Shown: piece after piece, positions 1-9,271 of the stretch
Layout: every line of letters begins with the position of its first letter
How positions within the stretch are numbered: the stretch's first letter is position 1
DNA from: Elusimicrobiota bacterium
GTDB lineage: Bacteria > Elusimicrobiota > Elusimicrobia > UBA1565
Assembly (NCBI GenBank): GCA_041650695.1
Contig: JBAZKS010000013.1
Span: forward strand, 8,600 to 72,599
Direction: 5' to 3'
Length of the DNA: 64,000 nt
Translations under genes and position numbers: made by a program
Notes under the pieces: generated by a model
What the model was told of the DNA's origin: nothing
Databases searched by the model: none
What the model saw: only the letters and a program-made list of their open reading frames with translations

Positions 1-230
1 GCCTGCAGCTCCTTGTCGGAGGCTTCGTCCTCGACGAGGTCCTTGAGCCTGAGCGCGGCGTCGCGCAGATCGCGCCGCAGCGGCTTCATGGCCCGCTGTT
101 CGGCCTGCATCATCTCGCGGACGGCGGGGTCCGGCCCCTTCTCCTCTCTCCCGCCGGGACGAGGGCCCTGCTGCGCGGACGCGACGCAGGCCAAGGATGT
201 CAGTATCGCGCTCAATAGGAAATATCTCAT
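1..230 (-). CDS. Secreted hypothetical protein, partial; gene continues beyond the window start
   Basis: Reverse-strand translation from the ATG at 230 gives MRYFLLSAILTSLACVASAQQ..., a signal-peptide-like N-terminus. A perfect AAGGAGG Shine-Dalgarno lies 8 nt upstream at 238-244. The open frame runs off the window edge. Confidence 0.5.
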   Translation of the reverse strand, partial: MRYFLLSAILTSLACVASAQQGPRPGGREEKGPDPAVREMMQAEQRAMKPLRRDLRDAALRLKDLVEDEASDKELQ

Positions 231-281
231 CGTACAGGCCTCCTTATTAAGTCCGTTCCTGCAGACAACTATACAGCATCC

Positions 282-317
282 CTTTAGATGGACGCAACCC
301 GCGCTTTGTGATATAAT
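282..317 (+). promoter_or_regulatory. Candidate sigma70 promoter of the rpsB-tsf operon with an extended -10 (TGaTATAAT at 309-317)
   Basis: tgtgaTATAATcc lies about 170 nt upstream of the rpsB start; the intervening leader resembles the S2-autoregulated rpsB leader arrangement. The -35 is weak. Confidence 0.35.
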
Positions 318-485
318 CCCCGCAGCTTGGCAGGACCGCAGGACTGCTGGGCCCACCTGAAGTCCGAAGGTTGAAGTCCCTGGATTTCGGCCTCTGAAGC
401 AGGCGGTGACGTATCTTGCGGTTTGCCCGTTAAACATAACAGCGGTTCCGAAGGAGGTCGCGTCGACGCCGCGCAAGAGAGGTTA

Positions 486-1388
486 ATGGTGAATATCTCG
501 ATGAAGGCCATGCTGGAAGCCGGGGTCCATTTCGGACATCAGACCCGGCGCTGGAACCCGAAGATGGGACGGTTCATCTTCGGCGAGCGCAACAACATCC
601 ATATCATCGACCTGCAGAAGACGGTCAAGGAGCTCAAGAGGGCCTACGCTTGGGTGAAGGAGCAGACCGCGGCCGGCAAGACTTTCCTGATGATAGGGAC
701 CAAGAAGCAGGCGCAGGACATCGTCCGGGCCGAGGCCGAGCGCATCGGCATGCCCTACGTGTCCGAGAAGTGGCTCGGCGGCATGCTCACCAACTTCCAG
801 ACCATCCGCCGCTCCATCGTGCGGCTCGAGGAGCTCGAGGCTTGGGAGCGCGACGGCGTGTTCCACGTGCTCTCCAAGAAGAAGGTCTCCCGCCTGCGCA
901 AGGAGATGGAGCGCCTGCGCCGCGTGCTGACCGGCATCCGGCACATCGGCAAGCTCCCGGACGCGATCTTCATCGTGGATCCCGCGGAAGAGGACATGGC
1001 CGTGTCCGAGGCCAAGAAGCTCCACATCCCGATCGTGGCCATCTGCGACACGAACTGCGACCCGGACCTCATCGACTACCCCGTGCCCGGCAACGACGAC
1101 GCGGCCCGCTCCATCAAGCTCTTCTGCGGGATCATCGCGGACGCCATGGCCGAGGGCAAGGCCGAGTACGACGCCGCCCGCGCCCCCCAGACCGTGGCGG
1201 GGGCCGAGGAGCAGATGCTGGCCGCCGAGGAGGCTCCCGTCGAGGAGCAGCCGGCGGACGGCGAGCCGCCCAGCCCCGAGGCCGAAGCCTCGGCCGAGGT
1301 GGTGGCCCAGGAAGAAGCCGCCGCCGACACAGGCGGCGAACCCAGCGAAGCGGCCCCGAACCCGGAGAACGCGGCGAGTGCCAGGTAG
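486..1388 (+). CDS. rpsB: 30S ribosomal protein S2
   Basis: [27 protein letters not shown] is the canonical S2 N-terminus; the gene has an acidic C-terminal tail. The true start lies inside the longer track ORF 423-1388. Confidence 0.95.
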   Translation: MVNISMKAMLEAGVHFGHQTRRWNPKMGRFIFGERNNIHIIDLQKTVKELKRAYAWVKEQTAAGKTFLMIGTKKQAQDIVRAEAERIGMPYVSEKWLGGMLTNFQTIRRSIVRLEELEAWERDGVFHVLSKKKVSRLRKEMERLRRVLTGIRHIGKLPDAIFIVDPAEEDMAVSEAKKLHIPIVAICDTNCDPDLIDYPVPGNDDAARSIKLFCGIIADAMAEGKAEYDAARAPQTVAGAEEQMLAAEEAPVEEQPADGEPPSPEAEASAEVVAQEEAAADTGGEPSEAAPNPENAASAR

Positions 1389-1486
1389 CCTGGCCCGGAG
1401 GGCCAGGCGATCCGTTCTCCTCTCCAAAGTAATATTTGTTCTTTGTCGTTGTTTTGACCTCCGTTCCCGCTTAGGAGCATGATACA

Positions 1487-2329
1487 ATGAGCACCGAACT
1501 GATCGTGAAGCTGCGCGAAAAGACCGGCGCGGGCATGATGGACTGCAAGAAAGCCCTGACCGAGGCCGGCGGCGACATGGACAAGGCCGTGGAGACCCTG
1601 CGCAAGAAGGGCCTGGCCGACGCCGCGAAGCGCTCGGCCCGCTCCGCCAAGGAAGGGCTCGTCGCGGCCCACATCACCCCGGACGGCAAGAAAGCCGGCA
1701 TCGTGGAGCTCAACTGCGAGACAGACTTCGTGGCCAAGACCGACGAGTTCCAAGCCATGGCGGCCGGGCTGGCCAAGGAAGCGGCCGAGGGTTCCCTCAA
1801 GAGCCCGGCGGACGCGGAGGCGAAGGTCAAGGGCCTGTGCGGCAAGCTCGGCGAGAACATGATGCTGCGCCGCCTGGAGCGCTTCGAGCTCCAGGGCCCG
1901 GGCCGGATCGACGCGTACATCCACTCCTCCGGCGCCAAGAAGGGCGCGCTCGTGCAGCTCTCCGCGGGCACGGAGACGGCGGCGGCCCACGACGCCGCGG
2001 CGGCCCTGGGCAAGGAGCTGGCCATGCAGGTCGTGGCCATGGGGCCGCGCTGGCTCAAGATCGAGGACATCCCGGCCGACGCGGTCGCGAAGGAACGCGA
2101 GATCTTCGCCACCCAGGTCAAGGCCGAGGGCAAGCCCGAGGCCCAGGTCCCCAAGATCGTGGAGGGCAAGCTCCGCAAGCTCTTCTTCCAGGCCTTCTGC
2201 CTCATCGAGCAGATGTCCATGCGGGACAACAAGACGCCGATAAAGCAGCTGATAACGGACGCGTCCAAAGCCGCCGGGGCGGCCTTGGAAGTGCGACGCT
2301 TCGCCCGCTACCAGCTCGGAGAAGAGTAA
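1487..2329 (+). CDS. tsf: Elongation factor Ts
   Basis: [20 protein letters not shown] is the EF-Ts UBA-like N-terminus. The gene follows rpsB in the conserved order. Confidence 0.95.
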   Translation: MSTELIVKLREKTGAGMMDCKKALTEAGGDMDKAVETLRKKGLADAAKRSARSAKEGLVAAHITPDGKKAGIVELNCETDFVAKTDEFQAMAAGLAKEAAEGSLKSPADAEAKVKGLCGKLGENMMLRRLERFELQGPGRIDAYIHSSGAKKGALVQLSAGTETAAAHDAAAALGKELAMQVVAMGPRWLKIEDIPADAVAKEREIFATQVKAEGKPEAQVPKIVEGKLRKLFFQAFCLIEQMSMRDNKTPIKQLITDASKAAGAALEVRRFARYQLGEE

Positions 2330-2333
2330 GACC

Positions 2334-3038
2334 GTGAGCTACAAGCGGGTCCTCATCAAGCTGTCCGGCGAGGCCCTGCAGGGGGCCGAGGGTCACGGCA
2401 TCGACTCGAAGGCGCTGACCTTCATCACCCGGGAGATCCAGCAGGCCTGCACTCAGTCGGTGCAGGTGGCGATCGTCATCGGCGGCGGGAACATCTGGCG
2501 CGGGGCCAAGGATCGGGGCGAGGACTTGGACCGCGTCACCGCGGACTACATGGGCATGCTGGCCACCATCATCAACGCCCTGGCCCTGCAGGACTCCCTG
2601 GAGAACGTGGGCGTGCAGACCCGGGTGCAGACCGCCATCGAGATCCCGAAGCTCTCCGAGCCCTACATCCGCCGCAGGGCGGTGCGGCATCTGGAGAAGG
2701 GGCGGGTCGTCATCTTCGCGGCCGGGACCGGGAACCCCTACTTCACCACGGACACGGCCGCCGCGCTCCGCGCGGTGGAGATCGAGGCCGACGTGCTCCT
2801 CAAGGCCACCAAGGTGGACGGGGTCTACACGGACGACCCGGTCAAGAACAAAAAGGCCAAACTCCTGCCGAAGCTCACCTTCATGGACGCCATCCGCAAG
2901 CAGCTGCGGGTGATGGACTCCACGGCCCTGACCCTGTGCATGGAGAACAAGAAGCCGGTCATGGTGTTCAACCTGTTCACCCGCGGCAGCATCGCCAAGG
3001 CGGTGGCCGGGGAAAAGGTCGGGACCCTCATCGTCTGA
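2334..3038 (+). CDS. pyrH: UMP kinase
   Basis: [12 protein letters not shown]...[11 protein letters not shown] matches the amino-acid kinase fold of UMP kinase. Gene order is tsf-pyrH-frr. Confidence 0.95.
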   Translation: MSYKRVLIKLSGEALQGAEGHGIDSKALTFITREIQQACTQSVQVAIVIGGGNIWRGAKDRGEDLDRVTADYMGMLATIINALALQDSLENVGVQTRVQTAIEIPKLSEPYIRRRAVRHLEKGRVVIFAAGTGNPYFTTDTAAALRAVEIEADVLLKATKVDGVYTDDPVKNKKAKLLPKLTFMDAIRKQLRVMDSTALTLCMENKKPVMVFNLFTRGSIAKAVAGEKVGTLIV

Positions 3039-3047
3039 CCTCGCCCG

Positions 3048-3078
3048 AAGGGGCTGTTGTTTCCCAGCCCCTTTTTTT
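3048..3078 (+). terminator. Rho-independent terminator after pyrH
   Basis: Stem aaggggctg / cagcccctt with an 8-nt loop, followed by TTTTTTT. Confidence 0.5.
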
Positions 3079-3122
3079 GTTTTCTCTACATAGACCAAGC
3101 CTTTTTCAGGAGAGCGAGACAT

Positions 3123-3674
3123 ATGGACATAGCCGAGAAAGTCGAGGCCCAGATGAAGGACCGTATCCGGAAGCTCAACGAGCAGCTCAGCACCATCCGG
3201 ACCGGCCGGGCCAATCCGCAGGTCCTGGAGCCCATCAAGGTCGAGTACTACGGCCAGTTCGTGCCCATCAAGCAGGTGGCCGCGGTCTCGGTGCCCGAGG
3301 CGCGGACTCTCGAGATACGGCCGTGGGACCCGTCCGCGGTCGAGGCCATCGAGAAGGCCATCCAGAAGTCGGACCTCGGCATCATGCCGCAGAAGGGCGA
3401 CAAGCTCCTGCGCCTGAACTTCCCCGCCATGACCGAGGATCGGCGCAAGGACCTGTGCAAGGCCATCGGCAAGATCGGCGAGGAGTACCGGGTCTCGGTC
3501 CGCGGAGAGCGGCACGCCGGCATGGAGGGTCTCAAGGAGAAGGTGAAGAAGGAGCACCTCCCCGAGGACCAGAAGAAAGCCCTCGAGGTCCAGATCCAGA
3601 AGCTCACGGACCAGTACGTCAAGCAGGTCGACGAGATCGTCGCGGCGAAGCAGAAAGAGATCACGACGGTCTAG
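3123..3674 (+). CDS. frr: Ribosome recycling factor
   Basis: MDIAEKVEAQMKDRIRKLNEQLSTIRTGRANPQVLEPIKVEYYGQ. The start is an internal Met of track ORF 3057-3674. Confidence 0.93.
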   Translation: MDIAEKVEAQMKDRIRKLNEQLSTIRTGRANPQVLEPIKVEYYGQFVPIKQVAAVSVPEARTLEIRPWDPSAVEAIEKAIQKSDLGIMPQKGDKLLRLNFPAMTEDRRKDLCKAIGKIGEEYRVSVRGERHAGMEGLKEKVKKEHLPEDQKKALEVQIQKLTDQYVKQVDEIVAAKQKEITTV

Positions 3675-3705
3675 GCGGAGCCTGGACCGTCCGTCCGCGG
3701 TTCTC

Positions 3706-4410
3706 ATGAAGAATAAAGAACTCGACCCCAAGCGCATCCCGCGCCATGTGGCCATCATCATGGACGGCAACGGCCGCTGGGCCAAGGCCCGGGGGCTGCC
3801 CCGCGTGGCCGGGCACCGCGCCGGAGTGGAGTCCGTGCGCGCGGCCGTGCGCTCCTGCGGGGAGCTCGGGCTGGAGGTCCTGACCCTCTACGCCTTCTCC
3901 ACCGAGAACTGGCTCAGGCCCAAAGACGAGGTCTCCGAGCTCTGGAGCCTCATGTCCTGGGCGCTCAAGCGCGAGACCGCGGACCTCAACAAGAACGGGG
4001 TGCGGCTCATGGTCTCCGGCCGCATCGAGGGCCTGCCGGAGCAGGTCCGCGCCGAGATCAGCGCCTCGATCAAGAAGCTGGAGAAGAACAAGGGCCTCAC
4101 GCTCAACCTGTGCCTCAACTACGGGGCGCGCGCCGAGATCGTGGACGCGGTCAACTCCCTCATCCGCGAGGGCATCAAGGAGGTCTCGGAGATCGAGATC
4201 TCCGGCCGGCTCTACACCGCCGGCATCCCGGACCCGGACCTCGTCATCCGCACCTCGGGCGAGATGCGGCTGTCGAACTTCCTGCTCTGGCAGGTGGCCT
4301 ACGCCGAGCTCTACGTGACCCCCGTGCTCTGGCCGGACTTCAGGAAGGAGCAGCTGCTCGAGGCTCTGGCGGACTATCAGCGGCGGGAACGGAGATTCGG
4401 GGGATTATAA
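3706..4410 (+). CDS. uppS: Undecaprenyl diphosphate synthase (cis-prenyltransferase)
   Basis: HVAIIMDGNGRWAKARGLPR and FSTENWLRP are UPP synthase motifs. Confidence 0.93.
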   Translation: MKNKELDPKRIPRHVAIIMDGNGRWAKARGLPRVAGHRAGVESVRAAVRSCGELGLEVLTLYAFSTENWLRPKDEVSELWSLMSWALKRETADLNKNGVRLMVSGRIEGLPEQVRAEISASIKKLEKNKGLTLNLCLNYGARAEIVDAVNSLIREGIKEVSEIEISGRLYTAGIPDPDLVIRTSGEMRLSNFLLWQVAYAELYVTPVLWPDFRKEQLLEALADYQRRERRFGGL

Positions 4411-4483
4411 CGGCCCCAATGACACGGCGAACGACACTCACTCAAAGACAGCGGAAGGTCATCCGCTTCGCTGCGCTCAGCGG

Positions 4484-5290
4484 ATGATATTACCCCGCAT
4501 CCTCACGGCCCTCGTCGGCATCCCCGTCGCCGTCGTTTTCGTCCACCTCGGCGGGGCGCCCTACGCCGTGCTCGTGCTCGGGCTCGCGGCCATGGCCCTG
4601 CACGAATACGCCACCCTGCTCTTCATGGGCGGCCGCGGGGTGCAGCGGGTGCTCACCGTGGCGGGAGGGACGCTCCTGGCCCTGAGCGTCGCCCTGAGCC
4701 CGGCCAGGGCCGGCGTCCCCGCCGCGCTGGCTCCCATGGTCCTGACCGGGCTGATCCTGGCGTCCGCCCTCCGGGAGCTCTTGAGGCCCCGTCATTCGCT
4801 CGACCGGGCCGCGGTCTCGGTCTTCGGCGCCTTGTTCATCGGCTGGACCCTGGGGCATCTGGTCCTCCTGCGCGAACTCGCCCCTCACGGCGAGGCTCTG
4901 AGCCTGGTGCTCCTCACCGCGGTCTGGGCCACGGATACCGCGGCCTATTCGGTCGGGATCCCGTTCGGAAGGCATAGGCTCGCGGAAGTCGTCAGCCCCA
5001 AGAAGAGCTGGGAAGGGGCCGCGGCCGGCCTGGCGGGCGCGCTCCTCGCCGTCTGGGGAGCCCGGGCGCTCTGCCTGGACTGGCTGTCCCCGGCGCAGAT
5101 ACTCGTCTCGGGGCTCCTCATCGGCGTGCTGGGGCAGGCCTCGGACCTCTCCCAGTCGCTCGTGAAGCGCGCCTCGGGCATGAAGGACTCGGGCACGCTC
5201 CTGCCCGGGCACGGCGGGGTGTTCGACCGGGTGGACTCGCTCCTCCTGCTGGCGCCGGTGTATTATTATTTCTGGCTCTTCCAGCATTAA
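4484..5290 (+). CDS. cdsA: Phosphatidate cytidylyltransferase
   Basis: Polytopic membrane protein with a C-terminal SxxKRxxGxKDSGxLLPGHGGxxDRxDS CTP-transferase signature. Confidence 0.9.
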   Translation: MILPRILTALVGIPVAVVFVHLGGAPYAVLVLGLAAMALHEYATLLFMGGRGVQRVLTVAGGTLLALSVALSPARAGVPAALAPMVLTGLILASALRELLRPRHSLDRAAVSVFGALFIGWTLGHLVLLRELAPHGEALSLVLLTAVWATDTAAYSVGIPFGRHRLAEVVSPKKSWEGAAAGLAGALLAVWGARALCLDWLSPAQILVSGLLIGVLGQASDLSQSLVKRASGMKDSGTLLPGHGGVFDRVDSLLLLAPVYYYFWLFQH

Positions 5291-5306
5291 TGGTAGAATC
5301 GTCGAG

Positions 5307-6437
5307 ATGACCTTCTGGCCCATCCTCGCCGTACTGATCACCTTCGGCCTCGTCATCTTCCTGCACGAGTTCGGCCACTTCCTCGTGTGCGTCCGCCTGG
5401 GCATCCGGGTCGAGCGCTTCTCCTTCGGCTTCGGCCCCGAGCTCCTGGGCATGACCCGGGGCCAGACGCGCTACTCCATCTGCGCCATCCCCCTGGGCGG
5501 CTTCGTGAAGCCGGCGGGCGAGTCCCTGGAGGACGCCACGGGCCACCCGGACGAATACTTCAGCCGCTCGCCGTGGCAGAGGCTCCTCATCGTCTTCGCC
5601 GGTCCGGCCATGAACTACGTGCTCGCCTTCGTCCTCTTCTTCGGGGTCATCTACTTCCGCGGCATGCCCGAGGCGTCCACCGAGCCGGTCATCGGGGACC
5701 TGGCCGTGGATTTCCCGGCCAAGAAGGCCGGCCTGGAGCCGCACGACAGGGTCGTGAAGGTCAACGGGGTGGAGGTCGCCACCTGGCAGGACATGGCCGC
5801 CTTCATCCACCGGAACCCGGGCAAGCCGGTGGAGCTCACCTACCTCCGGGAGGGCAAGCCCGGCAAGACCAAGGTCACCCCCCAGCTCGACAAGGACACG
5901 GGCCGGGGCCTCATCGGCATCATGCCCGAGGTGCGCTACTCCCGCATCAGCGTGCTGCGCGCGGCCAAGGAGGGCGCGGGCCAGTGCTGGTACTGGACGA
6001 ACTACACCATCCAGACCCTGGCGGAGAAGATCTACCGGCGCGAGAAGCCGGACCTGGCCGGGCCCGTCGGCATCGTACAGATGGTGACCCGGGCCGCGCG
6101 CTCGGGTCTGGAGGACCTGGTCTTCCTCATCGGCCTCATCTCCGTGGCCATCGGCTTCTTCAACCTCCTGCCCATCCCCTTGCTCGACGGCGGGCACGCG
6201 GTGCTCTACCTCTACGAGGGCCTCTCCCGCCGGAAGCTGACGGTCAAGCTCATGGCCGCCGCGAACTCGGTGGGGCTGGTCCTGCTGGTCTCTCTGCTCA
6301 TCTTCGCCACCTACAACGACGTGGTCCGCATACGGGAAGGCCGCAAACCCGCGGGGAAGCCCGCGTCCCAGGAGCTCGTGGTCCCGTCCACCGGCACGCA
6401 CGGCATCGCGCTGACGCCGCCGGCCGCGGCGAACTGA
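5307..6437 (+). CDS. rseP: RIP zinc metalloprotease RseP/site-2 protease
   Basis: HEFGHFLV HExxH motif in TM1, a PDZ-like region, and a C-terminal LLPIPxLDGGH motif. Confidence 0.9.
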   Translation: MTFWPILAVLITFGLVIFLHEFGHFLVCVRLGIRVERFSFGFGPELLGMTRGQTRYSICAIPLGGFVKPAGESLEDATGHPDEYFSRSPWQRLLIVFAGPAMNYVLAFVLFFGVIYFRGMPEASTEPVIGDLAVDFPAKKAGLEPHDRVVKVNGVEVATWQDMAAFIHRNPGKPVELTYLREGKPGKTKVTPQLDKDTGRGLIGIMPEVRYSRISVLRAAKEGAGQCWYWTNYTIQTLAEKIYRREKPDLAGPVGIVQMVTRAARSGLEDLVFLIGLISVAIGFFNLLPIPLLDGGHAVLYLYEGLSRRKLTVKLMAAANSVGLVLLVSLLIFATYNDVVRIREGRKPAGKPASQELVVPSTGTHGIALTPPAAAN

Positions 6438-6951
6438 CCCCTCCGCCCATTCGCTGGAGCACTTCCCGTCTTGAAGATTCAGGGAACTTTTTCGCCCCCT
6501 CGCTCGTACTAGTTGCATGGGGCGTCTGAGAGCGCCGGGAAACGGAGAAGGGAGCGTGCCGCGCAAGAGCGGCTGCCCCGCTCGGAACGGACGCCCCTAT
6601 CTTTGCGGCCCCCGCGACGCATCCTCCGCCGTCGCGGGGGCCGCATCCCCCTACTCCTGCGTCCGGAGGTTCCTGCCCTTCCCCGTGATATCGAGGAGAG
6701 GGGCGCGAGGCGCTTTTCGATGCCGTTCGTCGTGGACGGTGCTGCGCGACTGGATCGGTCTCCAGCCGGAGCCGCGCTTCATATGGAAGCAGGAGGGCCG
6801 GGCGTGAGGATATCGGTCATTGCCCGGGCCCGCGTTTTGTCATCCGGAACAAATCCGCCTTCGCTCGCGGAGGCGGATTTGTCTCATAAAGCAAAAAGAC
6901 CGCGGCCCTAGGCCGCTGCAGGCCGGCAGTCCATTTAGATAGAATCGTCAC

Positions 6952-8727
6952 GTGCGCGCGACGAAGCTGTACATGCCCACCCTGCGGGCGGCCGCGGCCG
7001 ACGCGGACTGCGAGTCCCTCCGGCTGCTCACGCGCGCGGGCATGGTGCGCAAGCTCGGCCCGGGCTGCTATCAATGGCTGCCCTTGGGCGCGCGCGTGCT
7101 CGGGAAGCTCGAAGGGCTCGCGCGAGCCTCGATGGACTCTTTGGGCGGCCAGGAGGTCCGACTGCCCCTCGTCGAGCATCGCCGCAGGCTCGAGAAGAGC
7201 GGGCGGTGGGACCTTTTCCGCGACGGCTTCCTCACGCTGGAAGACGGCTCCGTCCTCCCCTCTTCATCGGAGGAGTCCGCCCTGGAGGCGGTGCTGCGCG
7301 ACGTGAGGAGCTACAAACAGCTCCCTTTGCTGCTCTACCAGTCCGGCCCGAAGCTGGAACGCGAGCCCAAGCCGCGGCTCGGGCCCATCCGGGCGCGGGA
7401 ATACCTCTCGCTCGACGCCTACTCCGTCCACGCGGACGAAGACAGCGCCGCCGCGACGGCCGCGGCGGTGCTCGATGGGTGGTCCGGCCTGCTCGGCGAG
7501 CTCGGCCTCGCGAGCCGCGTGGTGGAGGCGGACCCGGCCGGGTACGGGCTCGAGTCGCGCGAGCTGATCGTGTTCCCCGCTGCCGGGAGCGGCCCCTCGG
7601 CCGCCGAAGACGAGGTCGCGCTCTGCGACGCCTGCTCTTATCGCGCGACGCTCGAGAGGGCGGAGTGCGGGTCATCCGCGCCCGCGGCTGAGCCCGGATG
7701 CGCTCCCCCTCCGGGGCTGCCGCCCCTCGAGGAAGTGAAGACCCCGGGCAAGACGAGCGTGGCCGAAGTCTCCGAGTTCCTGGGCGTGCCGCCGGAGTCG
7801 CTGCTCAAGACGCAGCTCTACATGGCCGACGGCGCTCCGGTCATGGCGCTGGTGCGCGGGGACCACGCCCTGTGCGAGGCCAAGCTGCAGGCCGTGCTCG
7901 GGCCCGTGCGCCTTACGCGCGCCACGCCGGAACAGTACGAGCGCGTAACCGGGTGCGCGGTCGGGTTCGCGGGCCCCGTGAACCTGCCCCGCTGGAAGAC
8001 CCCGGACGGGAAGATGGAAGCCGTGCGCATCTTCGCCGACCTCTCCACGCGCGGGATGGGCCCGGCCGTGTCCGGGGCGAACAAGGCGGACACTCACGCC
8101 AAGAACATCCACATGGGCCGCGACTTCGTCCCGGACCGGTACGCGGACCTCCGGCTGGCGGCGGCCGGGGACCCTTGCCCGAAGTGCGTTGAAGGCAGGC
8201 TGAAGCTCTCCCGCGGGATCTCCGTGGCCCGCGCCTTCAGGCTCGGGACGCGGCTCTCCGAGGCTTTCGGCGCCGAGTATACGGACCCGGCGCAGGGACG
8301 CAGGCCCATGTCCGTCTGCCGCTACGGCCTGGGCCTCTCCAGGCTCTTGTCCGTCGCGGCGGAGGTCCGGCGCGACGAAGACGGCCTGTTGTGGCCCCCC
8401 GCCATCGCCCCTTTCAGCGTGGGTGTGATGCCCCTATCGCTCGACGACCCTTCGGTCGTCGAGTACGCCGTCGCTGTTTATCAAGAGTTGCGCGCGATGG
8501 GCATCGATGCGCTGCTGGAAGACAGGCCCGACCGCCCCGGCGTCCGATTCAAGGACCTGGACCTCATCGGCATCCCCCTGCGCCTGGTGGTGTCCAAGAA
8601 GGGCTTGGAAGCGGGCCGGGTGGAGCTCAAATACCGCGAACGCAGCGAGCGGGAGCTTATAGATCTCGGGGACGGGCCGAATTCCGTCGCTATTGGACTA
8701 GCCGACAGGGTCCGGGCTTTGCTATAA
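6952..8727 (+). CDS. proS: Prolyl-tRNA synthetase
   Basis: GTG start; the VRATKLYMPTL N-terminus aligns with the bacterial ProRS N-terminus. Class II aaRS motifs are present and length (591 aa) fits. Confidence 0.93.
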   Translation: MRATKLYMPTLRAAAADADCESLRLLTRAGMVRKLGPGCYQWLPLGARVLGKLEGLARASMDSLGGQEVRLPLVEHRRRLEKSGRWDLFRDGFLTLEDGSVLPSSSEESALEAVLRDVRSYKQLPLLLYQSGPKLEREPKPRLGPIRAREYLSLDAYSVHADEDSAAATAAAVLDGWSGLLGELGLASRVVEADPAGYGLESRELIVFPAAGSGPSAAEDEVALCDACSYRATLERAECGSSAPAAEPGCAPPPGLPPLEEVKTPGKTSVAEVSEFLGVPPESLLKTQLYMADGAPVMALVRGDHALCEAKLQAVLGPVRLTRATPEQYERVTGCAVGFAGPVNLPRWKTPDGKMEAVRIFADLSTRGMGPAVSGANKADTHAKNIHMGRDFVPDRYADLRLAAAGDPCPKCVEGRLKLSRGISVARAFRLGTRLSEAFGAEYTDPAQGRRPMSVCRYGLGLSRLLSVAAEVRRDEDGLLWPPAIAPFSVGVMPLSLDDPSVVEYAVAVYQELRAMGIDALLEDRPDRPGVRFKDLDLIGIPLRLVVSKKGLEAGRVELKYRERSERELIDLGDGPNSVAIGLADRVRALL

Positions 8728-8756
8728 TCCTTATAACATAGAGGAGGCCATAAGAA

Positions 8757-8783
8757 GTGGCGGACGTCGGCGCCACTTTTTTT
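8757..8783 (+). terminator. Rho-independent terminator/attenuator between proS and rimP
   Basis: gtggcg...cgccac stem followed by TTTTTTT. It is preceded by a TATAAT (8722-8727) that overlaps the proS stop. Confidence 0.45.
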
Positions 8784-8791
8784 GTTCTCGG

Positions 8792-9253
8792 ATGATGATA
8801 GACCTGGGAAGCATCGAGAAAGCCGTGGAGCCGGTCTTGGCGCAGGAGGCCGTGGAACTCGTGGACCTGCGCTATCTGCAGGCCGGGGGCCGCTGGGTCC
8901 TGCGCTTCTACATCGACAAGCACGGCGGGGTCACGCTCGACGACTGCGAGCGGATCTCCTCCCGGGTGGGCCCCCTGCTCGACGCTCTGAACGCCGTACC
9001 GTATTCCTATAGCCTGGAGGTCTCGTCTCCGGGCGTCGATCGCGTCATCAAGAAGAAGAAGGATTTCGAGCGGTTCTCCGGCCACAGGGTGAAGGTCCGC
9101 CTGCGGACCCCGGTCGCCGACCAGCGCCGGTTCCAGGGCTTCCTCAAAGGCCTCGACGGCGAGGCCCTTGTGCTGATCTGCGGCGCGACGGAAGTGCGCG
9201 CGGAGCTCAAGGATGTCGAGGAAGCCCGTCTGGACCCCGAAGTCGCCGCCTGA
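8792..9253 (+). CDS. rimP: Ribosome maturation factor RimP
   Basis: VLAQEAVELVDLRYLQAGGRWVLRFYIDK; occupies the conserved position upstream of nusA. Confidence 0.9.
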   Translation: MMIDLGSIEKAVEPVLAQEAVELVDLRYLQAGGRWVLRFYIDKHGGVTLDDCERISSRVGPLLDALNAVPYSYSLEVSSPGVDRVIKKKKDFERFSGHRVKVRLRTPVADQRRFQGFLKGLDGEALVLICGATEVRAELKDVEEARLDPEVAA

Positions 9254-9271
9254 TCATTGGAGGGCAGTTTT

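Noticed and set aside
483-1487. 334-aa reverse-strand ORF and 260-aa alternative-frame ORF overlapping rpsB
   Set aside because: Arg/Gly/Pro-rich low-complexity translations antisense to, or out of frame with, a clearly conserved ribosomal protein gene; typical high-GC artefacts.
2202-3785. 527-aa minus-strand ORF spanning pyrH and frr
   Set aside because: It runs antisense across two conserved genes and has a biased composition (R, G, L, D, P). It shows no start context.
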